Source: Eledone cirrhosa (Eukaryota). Taken from it: DNA of 64,000 nucleotides. The position numbers and the translations under genes are program-made. Of this stretch, positions 54,221-64,000 are shown piece after piece. The notes under the pieces are model-generated. The model was given only the letters and a program-made list of their open reading frames with translations. It was not told where the DNA came from and did no database searches. Numbering within the stretch: position 1 is the stretch's first letter; each line of letters opens with the position of its first letter. The stretch is from contig OZ024740.1 of NCBI GenBank assembly GCA_964016885.1, positions 71,610,001 through 71,674,000 of the forward strand, in the 5' to 3' direction.

Positions 54221-56258
54221 GAAATGCTCGGTATACTTAAAAAAATTAAATTTAGGAAAAACCCATATACAGGTCACCAATACCTTAGAGCTCTAAAAGA
54301 AAAAATCATCGAACTAAAAAAAGTTAACAAAATACTGGTTAAATCGGACAAAACAAATAATTTATATGGGATAAACAAAGAAGAATATAACAACTTGATT
54401 TTAAAGGAACTTAGTAAAAATTATAAAAAAGCCCCGGCTGAAGATCTTACAGAAATTAACGAGGATGCCTACAAATTAATTACCAATTTAGGAATAGAAG
54501 GAAGAACTAAGCCATTTATACCTAGGCAGTCACAGATTAACTTGAAGGATCACAAAAGAAACTTTGAGGAAGATATGCCAGTTAGATTGATTGCTCCATC
54601 CAAATCGGATATTGGAGTAATCAGTAAAAACATCATCGATAGAATCTTACCCGCTCTTAAATTGAGATCTAATTTGAGCTTGTGGAAAGATACAAATGAA
54701 GTCATAGAATGGTACAAGAATATAGACGATAAGAAAAACCATAAATTCATCCAGATGGACATAACAAACTACTATTCTTCTATAACACCTAACCTACTAA
54801 ATAAGGCTCTATCATACGCTTATAAGCATACTGATTTAACCATGGATGAAATTGATATCATACCAGAAGAACTCTTATTAACTTCAACAATGAGCATTGG
54901 ACTCGCTCAGAAAGAAATAGAAACTTTGATATTACTATGGGGGCATCTGATTCTGCGCAAATCACAGATCTTCTTCATATTAAATACGATAAATAGAAAA
55001 CTGTCGGAGATTACCGGTGGTTTATATAGGGACAACATTTTATTTACGGCGGTCAAACACAACAATATTGAACTAAATAGAATAAAGAAAAGTATTATAG
55101 AATTCTTTAAAATGTATGACCTTAAGTTAGAAGTAGAAAATGGTACCAAAATAGTTAATTTCCTAGACGTTACGTTTAACTTAAACTCTGGCTTTTATTA
55201 CCCTTTTCATAAGCCCAATGAAAACTTAAACTATGTTAGTAACCATTCCAATCACCCTAAATCTGTAAAAATAGGTATAGTAAATAGTTTTCCAAAAACG
55301 CATTAATAGAATATCAGCCAATAAAGCTATATTTGATGATAATGCAGCATACTACAATAATGCGTTAAAAAGGGCAGGATATGAGAATAGTATAGAATAT
55401 GTAGATAATAATAATCTAAGTTTTAATCCTGATAAAAATAATGGCATATATAAACGAAACTCTAATAATTATAATTCAAACACCCATACGCCAAACAAAT
55501 TGAGGAAAAGAACTAGATCTAAATCGTCATATGGTTTGCCCCCCCCCCCCCCCCCCCCTGCTTCGGTAGCAGTTAGAACACCAATTGCAAAATTATTCTT
55601 TAATGCTTTGGACACCTCTTTCCCTACTCAACATAAATACCATTCCATTTTTAATAGACACACCATTAAATTGTCTTATTCTAGAACTATGAATATGGCC
55701 CAAACATTGCTAAATTAAACACTAAAATTCTAAAGCAGAATCAGCATAATGATCTTAATAATAGCGTTAACATAAATGATAATAAACCAGAATGTAATTG
55801 TAGAAATAAAATTGATTGCCCTCTGCAAAATAATTGTTTAGATAGTAATTTGGTGTATAAATGCACCGTAAAAACAGATCACAACACATACAACTGCATA
55901 GGATCGACTTCTCCTACATTTAAAGCCAGATTTGCGAACCATAAATGCTCATTTTCGAACTCCAAGAGGAAATCATCCATGTATTTATCACAGCTCATAT
56001 GGTCATTAAAAGAGAAGAATTTAAAATACTCCATTTTTTTGGATGAAACTTCGGAATAGTGGAGTTTACCGCAACTCAAGTATATCAAGTAACTGCGCGC
56101 TTTGTACAATGGAGACCCTGTTGATTATTAATAATTATGAGACCTTAATTAACAAAAAAAGTGAATTATTCTCTAATTGCCTTCATAAAGCTTTGTCTAC
56201 ATTTCAAGCCTCCCATAAGACCAGGAAAAAACACAAAGCAACTAAACTTGATTTTTAG
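54221..56258 (+). mobile_element. Penelope-like retroelement, Naiad-type (RT + Cys linker + GIY-YIG endonuclease), 5'-truncated and frameshifted
   Basis: KSDKTNNLY, KDHK..F..RLIAP.KSD, DITNYYSSI, FDITMGASD (shifted frame), YRDN, NFLDVTFNL, SNHP, IFNRHTIKLSYS, CNCRNKIDCPLQNNCL, VYKC..IGST..FKARFANHK, CALC..E..LINK.SELFSNCLHK; Naiad assignment from recalled motifs. Confidence 0.88.
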
Positions 56259-56426
56259 ACGTACATAATCAACAGGTGAAAACCTTAATGGCCTTTAATA
56301 TTGCTTTATCTTATAACTATCTATAAAATAAATAACGTTTGAATGAATGACACTTGTTTAATAACATGCTGACACGTTGATATACATAACATAATATTAT
56401 TAACTTTGATCCATACCATTATTTCT

Positions 56427-56723
56427 CTATCTTTATTTTTCTATCTATTTTTTAAATATAGTTCAAATATCCAACCTGTAAATTTTTACGGACCTATTTT
56501 GAACTGTGAATCATTCATGCGTTTATACTCCTTTATTTATATATATGTATGTATTTAACTTTTGCATGTTTTTAAGTATACCTATCTTTATTTTTCTATC
56601 TATGTTTTAAATATAGTTCAAATATCCAACCTGCAAATTTTTACGGACCTTATTTTGAACTGTGAATCATTCATGCGTTTACACTCTTTTATATATATGT
56701 ATGTATTTAACTTTTGCATGTTT
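56427..56723. repeat. Tandem duplication, ~155-bp period, downstream of the Penelope-like ORF
   Basis: ctatctttatttttctatc...ttttgcatgttt starts at 56427 and at 56582. Confidence 0.9.
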
Positions 56724-57694
56724 GAATCTATTATATAAGATTATAATCGTTATTATTTACCAAAAGTATACTGTCTCATTAATACTTAGTATATCTATCT
56801 ATACCTAATTTTTTGCAAATATGTGTATATTGTATAATAACATAATCATATTATTAGTTACGTATATCTCTGCATTTGTTTTTTTGCATCTATATTTATA
56901 ATATATAATAACTTAATCATAATTACCGTTTCGGTTTAACGCTATATATAGTTTGTGCAAATATAGATATATTGTACAATAACATATTCATTATTTAGAG
57001 TTCATTCCTCCCATGAAGGTAGAACTAATATAGTGATTTAATATAATATAATAAATATTAAGTTATTACTATAAATGCACACACACACACATTTATATAT
57101 GGCTGAAAAATCTGCGTTAATCATTATACTTTAGACAATGTATCTACTTGGCAATAAATTTTTCGATATTTCTAACAATAAGTACTTCATAAATTTTACA
57201 TACCGAAAATGTTGACACTGTTATAGGTAATTTTTGTTAAAGATTACATTTAAGTGAATATTCAACAGTGTATATTTTTCTTTCGCGGGCCTAGTGAATC
57301 CTTTAATTTTGTTTTCATAAAATTCAGAATTTTGGAAATGTAACATATTTAAAAAATTTATAAAATTTATGAAATTAATAAATATAAATAACCATCAATT
57401 TTAAAAACTTAAAATTTTGATTCTTCACCCTAAAATAACATAATTTAAATATTTTGAAACTTAACCGCTTAGTCCTTAAGGAAAAAAAAATATTTTTCTG
57501 CAAAATTACTCCCTCTCTTTAATCATCTATCAGTGGCCTTCATAAATTATAATTCCAGAGACATCTTCCTCAATAATCATAATTTAGAGTATCCCACATT
57601 TTAAAATCTCTATAACTGTTACATTAAAGCAACGTTTTTCTTACTCATATCTTCTCTATTGAATTCATTAGGTTTTCGCATTTTCTCATTATTA

Positions 57695-57894
57695 NNNNNN
57701 NNNNNNNNNNNNNNNNNNNNNNNNNNNNNNNNNNNNNNNNNNNNNNNNNNNNNNNNNNNNNNNNNNNNNNNNNNNNNNNNNNNNNNNNNNNNNNNNNNNN
57801 NNNNNNNNNNNNNNNNNNNNNNNNNNNNNNNNNNNNNNNNNNNNNNNNNNNNNNNNNNNNNNNNNNNNNNNNNNNNNNNNNNNNNNNNNNNNNN
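57695..57894. other. Assembly gap (200 N)
   Basis: Run of N. Confidence 1.
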
Positions 57895-58850
57895 ACATAT
57901 ATCTCTCTATATATATATACATATATCTCTATATATATATATATACATATATCTCTCTATATATATATATACATATATCTCTATATATATATATATACAT
58001 ATATCTCTATATATATATATATACATATATCTCTATATATATATATACATATATCTCTATATATATATATACATATATCTCTATATATATATATACATAT
58101 ATCTCTATATATATATATACATATATCTCTATATATATATATACATATATCTCTATATATATATATATACATATATCTCTATATATATATATATACATAT
58201 ATCTCTATATATATATATATACATATATCTATATATATATATATATACATATATCTATATATATATATATACATATATCTATATATATATATATATACAT
58301 ATATCTATATATATATATATATACATATATCTATATATATATATATATATACATATATCTATATATATATATATATATACATATATCTCTATATATATAT
58401 ACATATATCTCTATATATATATATATACATATATCTCTATATATATATACATATATCTCTATATATATATATACATATATCTCTATATATATATATACAT
58501 ATATCTCTATATATATATATATACATATATCTCTATATATATATATACATATATCTCTATATATATATATACATATATCTCTATATATATATATACATAT
58601 ATCTCTATATATATATATACATATATCTCTCTATATATATATACATATATCTCTATATATATATATACATATATCTCTATATATATATATACATATATCT
58701 CTATATATATATATACATATATCTCTCTATATATATATACATATATCTCTCTATATATATATACATATATCTATATATATATATATACATATATCTATAT
58801 ATATATATACATATATCTATATATATATATACATATATCTCTATATATAT
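57895..58850. repeat. TA-derived satellite, unit ACATATATCTCT(AT)n, about 20-26 bp
   Basis: Direct inspection. Confidence 0.95.
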
Positions 58851-61544
58851 CATCATCATCATCATCAGGTTTAGCGTCCGTGTTCCACGCTTGCATGGGT
58901 TTGGACGGGGGTTTTCCCACTTGAGGCAAGAGTGGTTGTCTTGCTCGCATAGGACTGTCTGGCGGGTTTTCTACAGTTGGATGCCCTTCCTAACACCAAC
59001 CACATTTACAGTGTGGGGCTGGGAGGTTTTTACCGTGTTGCCTACACGACCACATTACAGCGTGGACTGTCTGGCGGGTTTTCTACAGCTGGATGCCCTT
59101 CCTAACACCAACCACATTTACAGTGTGGGGTTGGGAGGTTTTTACCGTGTTGCCTACACGGTCACATTTACAGCGTGGACTGTGTGTTTTTTTTGTCGTG
59201 ACACCTACACGATCTCATTTGTTTCGGCCTGGATGTTGTGGAACCAACATAACTTTACATTGAAAGTGGAGGTGTGGATGGGGTGGAGGTGGTGGGACGG
59301 GGGTGTGTTTTGACAGAGATGCCTACTGACTGTAGTAGGTTTTTACTTTGTATTTAGGTAAGGCGGGTCTTCTCTATTACTGAGCACCGCCAAAGGTCTC
59401 GGTCCAGTGACATTGTCTTGGAGAGGTGTAAGCGTGTGAGGTCGGAATTTATCAGCTCGTCCCATGTTTTTCTGGGTCTGCCTACTCTGTGGCTACCGTC
59501 TATCTTTATTGCCCTGAGCTTTGTTATACAGCTGTCGTCTTTCATGCGCATCACGTGACCGTACCAACATCTCGAGTAAACAACATCTGATCCCTCTTAT
59601 TTGTAATTTTTTCCTTAGTTCGTTTATGCTTTGCCGTTCACGTATATTACTATTGCACATCCAGCGGAGCATGCAAGCTTCGTTCCTCTCTAGTCCGCGT
59701 ATATCCTCTGCACACAATGCCCAGGTCTCACTGCCATGCAGCATTGCTGTTCGTATGCAGGCATCGTATAACCTGCCTTTCATTTTTAGGGAGAACCCTC
59801 TAGCGGCTAATAGTGGTATAAGCTCTCTGAACTTTTTCCATCCAGTTCTGACTCTAGCTACTGTACTTTCAGAGCACCCTCCCCCACTGCTGATTTTGTC
59901 ACCCAGGTAACGCAAGCTGTCCACTATTTCTATAGAACCCTCTGCGCAGTTGAAGGAGCTAGTATTTTGTGGGCACTTGCTGCTACTTATTGCACCAGAG
60001 CACCGGCCACATGTAAAATCTATGTTCTTAGTTAGCTTACCTGTGATCCCACTACATCTTTTATGCACCCATACTTTGCATTTGGGACATAAAATGGAGT
60101 TTCTACCTACGCCTTTCCTACACACTGAGCATGGCCATTTCCCAGATGGGACTGCCGCCTTATTTTCTTTCCTACAAACTAGAACTTTAGTCTTAGCCAG
60201 GTTAATTTTAAGGCCTTTTGATTCTAGGCCATGCTTCCATGTTTGGAATTTCTTCTCTAGTTCGTTCATTGATTCAGCTTTGAGCGTTAGATAATCTGCG
60301 TATAGGAGTTCCCATGGGCAGCCGGTCTTGAACTCCTCTGTTATAGCCTGAAGGGCAATAATAAATAGTAGAGGGCTGAGAACAGAGCCCTGATGGACGC
60401 CAACTTTTACGCTAAACTCTTCACTGTATTCGTTGTTAATTCTAACCTTACTGACTGTTTCTTAATACATGGCTTGTATAGCTCTCACAAGCCATTCGTC
60501 AACACCTAGTTTTCTAAGAGACCACCAGATAATGGAACGGGGGGACTCTGTCGAAGGCTTTCTCCAAGTCGACGAAAGCTAAGTATAGGGGTTTACTTTT
60601 AGCTAGGTACTTCTCCTGTAGTTGTCGTACAATGAAAAGAGCGTCTGTGGTACTTTTGCCTGACACAAACCCGAACTGCATTTCATCTAGATCAATTCTC
60701 TCTCTGATTAGTTGCGCTATTACTTTTTCCATGACCTTTATGACCTGGTCGATTAATTTAATGCCTCTATAGTTACTCCTATCTAGGGCATCTCCTTTTC
60801 CCTTATAGCAGTTAATGATGATGCTGCTACGCCAGTCCTTCGGAACAACCCCATTCTGTACGACTTGGTTAACTATCCGGGTGACCATGGTGTGTCCCAC
60901 CGAACCAGATGCCTTCAGCATCTCAGCAACTATTTCCAAAGGACCAGCCGCCTTACCCGTCTTCATATCTTTGATTGCCTTGCTTATTGTACTACCCTGG
61001 ACTAACACTGCTGGTCCCTCTATTAGGTCGATGTGGGGGAGACTGTCTTTCTCCCATTTGTTCTCCTCATTTAGAAGCCTTTCGTAGTGACACTTCCAAG
61101 CTACCTTCTTATCAGCGTCGGTGATGGCAAGTATGCCATCATCGTTAAGTACACACTTCTCCCCGACAATATCACGGTTTTCCTTGACACATTGCCTGGC
61201 AATCCTGAACACTTCACGTTTTTGGTCCTCACGTTGTAGAACATGCTTGAACTTTCTTTCCTCTACTTCCTTTCTTGCGAAGTACACTTGTCTCCTAGCT
61301 TCCCTCCTGGCCACTTGATAGTCTTCTCTACTTCCCCCATCCCGCCATGCTTTCCAAGCCTGCTTTTTGGCCTTAATTGACTCCTCCACCTTACTGTTCC
61401 ACCACCATGTTACTCTCCTCCTACCTACAGGCCTGCTCCAGCCACAGACTTCATCTGCCGCCGTCAGCAGGTTTGCTCTCAAGAATTCCCACTGTTCCTC
61501 TATATTATACGACTAATTGCTCTTCCTTACTGTCGAAAGCGTCA
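58851..61544 (-). mobile_element. RTE-clade LINE copy C, 5'-truncated, inserted in satellite
   Basis: (CAT)n tail, duplicated 3'UTR unit as in copy A, ORF pieces 60514..61482 and 59493..60269; extra G near 60540, deletion near 59570. Confidence 0.95.
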
Positions 61545-62039
61545 CATATATCTCTATATATATATATACATATATCTATATATATATATATCTCTATATA
61601 TATATATATACATATATCTCTATATATATATATACATATATCTATATATATATATATCTCTATATATATATATATACATATATCTCTCTATATATATATA
61701 TATACACATATATCTCTATATATATATATATATATACATATATCTCTATATATATATATATACATATATCTCTATATATATATATATACATATATCTCTA
61801 TATATATATATATACATATATCTCTATATATATATATATACATATATCTCTATATATATATATATACATATATCTCTATATATATATATATACATATATC
61901 TCTATATATATATATATATACATATATCTCTCTATATATATATATATACATATATCTCTCTATATATATATATATACATATATCTCTATATATATATATA
62001 TATACATATATCTCTATATATATATATATATACATATAT

Positions 62040-62115
62040 CTCTTGCCTCAAGTGGGACTACACCCGTCCAAACCCATGCAAGCGTGGAACACGGACGTTA
62101 AACGATGATGATGAT
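62040..62115 (+). mobile_element. Extreme 3' tip of the RTE family inside satellite
   Basis: tcttgcctcaagtggga..ccgtccaaacccatgcaagcgtggaacacggacgttaaacgatgatgatgat matches 53575-53650. Confidence 0.9.
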
Positions 62116-62340
62116 CTCTATATATATATATATATATATATACATATATCTCTATATATATATATATATACATATATCTCTATATATATATATATACATA
62201 TATCTCTATATATATATATATACATATATCTCTATATATATATATATACATATATCTCTATATATATATATATCTCTATATATATATATATATATATATA
62301 TCTCTATATATATATATATATCTCTATATATATATATATA

Positions 62341-62371
<31 letters not shown>

Positions 62372-62495
62372 CTATATATATATATATATATATCTCTATA
62401 TATATATATATATATATCTCTATATATATATATATATCTATATATATATATATATATATCTCTATATATATATATATATATATATCTATATATAT

Positions 62496-62614
62496 CAGCA
62501 CTCACTGTAAATGAGGTTGGTGTTAGGAAGGGCATCCAGCTGTAGAAATTAAGCCAGAATTAGTTCTCGTCCCACCCTTGCAAGCAGGGAAAAGCGGACA
62601 TAAAATGATGATGA
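62496..62614 (+). mobile_element. 3' tip of the RTE-tailed SINE inside satellite
   Basis: Matches 37988-38100. Confidence 0.9.
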
Positions 62615-62797
62615 TATATACATACATATATCTCTCTATATATATATATACATATATCTATATATATATATATACATATATACATATATCTACATATATA
62701 TATATATACATATATCTATATATATATCTATATACATATATCTATATACATATATCTATATACATATATCTATATATACATATATCTATATACATAT

Positions 62798-62829
<32 letters not shown>

Positions 62830-62897
62830 CTATATATATACATATACATATATCTATATATATACATATACATATATCTATATATATACATATACAT

Positions 62898-62928
<31 letters not shown>

Positions 62929-62930
62929 TC

Positions 62931-62974
<44 letters not shown>

Positions 62975-63155
62975 CATATATCTATATATATATATACATA
63001 TATATACATATATACATATATCTATATATATATATACATATATATACATATATATACATATATATACATATATCTATATATATATATACATATATATACA
63101 TATATATACATATATATATACACATATATATATACATATATACATATATATATAC

Positions 63156-63231
<76 letters not shown>

Positions 63232-63299
63232 ACATATATATATACATATATATACATATATATATACATATATATACATATATATACATATATATATAC

Positions 63300-63330
<31 letters not shown>

Positions 63331-63331
63331 C

Positions 63332-63362
<31 letters not shown>

Positions 63363-63395
63363 CATATATATATGTATATATATATATATATATAC

Positions 63396-63442
<47 letters not shown>

Positions 63443-63479
63443 TATACATGTATATATATATATACATATATATATATAC

Positions 63480-63524
<45 letters not shown>

Positions 63525-63537
63525 CATATATATATAC

Positions 63538-63575
<38 letters not shown>

Positions 63576-63604
63576 ATTATATATATATATATATACATTA
63601 TATA

Positions 63605-63716
<112 letters not shown>

Positions 63717-63717
63717 C

Positions 63718-63799
<82 letters not shown>

Positions 63800-63889
63800 A
63801 TATATATACATATATATACATATATACATATATATATACATATATACATATATATATACATATATATACATATATATATACATATATAC

Positions 63890-64000
<111 letters not shown>

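Noticed and set aside
56346-56375. ATGA..AA..GA SECIS-like pattern after the Penelope-like ORF
   Set aside because: Spacing of 9 nt on each side is too short and helix II pairs poorly

Overview
AT-rich, repeat-dense animal genomic DNA, intronic or intergenic. I found no host protein-coding exon that I can support. The mix of tRNA-derived CORE- and Meta-type SINEs, (GAT)n-tailed RTE LINEs and very long (TA)n tracts suggests an octopus/coleoid cephalopod (inference). Main contents: (1) three young, highly similar RTE LINE copies (33988-37452 -, 50096-53658 +, 58851-61544 -), each with APE endonuclease and/or RT sequence, a PHD-type zinc finger inside the RT and different disabling lesions; (2) a frameshifted Penelope-like element of the Naiad type (RT + GIY-YIG, 54221-56258); (3) a minimal hammerhead ribozyme in a Penelope-type pLTR fragment (49939-49972 -); (4) many SINEs, older RTE relics, a piggyBac-type MITE, a 200-N gap and a TA-derived satellite. 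The most unusual signals are an unclassified family of short elements with a conserved AGAGTACTCAATACTTGGGGTAGTAGAGT-like box followed by a long hairpin, clustered in (TA)n around 33.8-38.5 kb; an exact 115-bp copy of nearby DNA at the 5' junction of an RTE insertion; and an isolated 63-nt pre-miRNA/ADAR-substrate-like hairpin at 26955-27017. All alignments and folds were done by eye, and the boundaries of old repeats are approximate.
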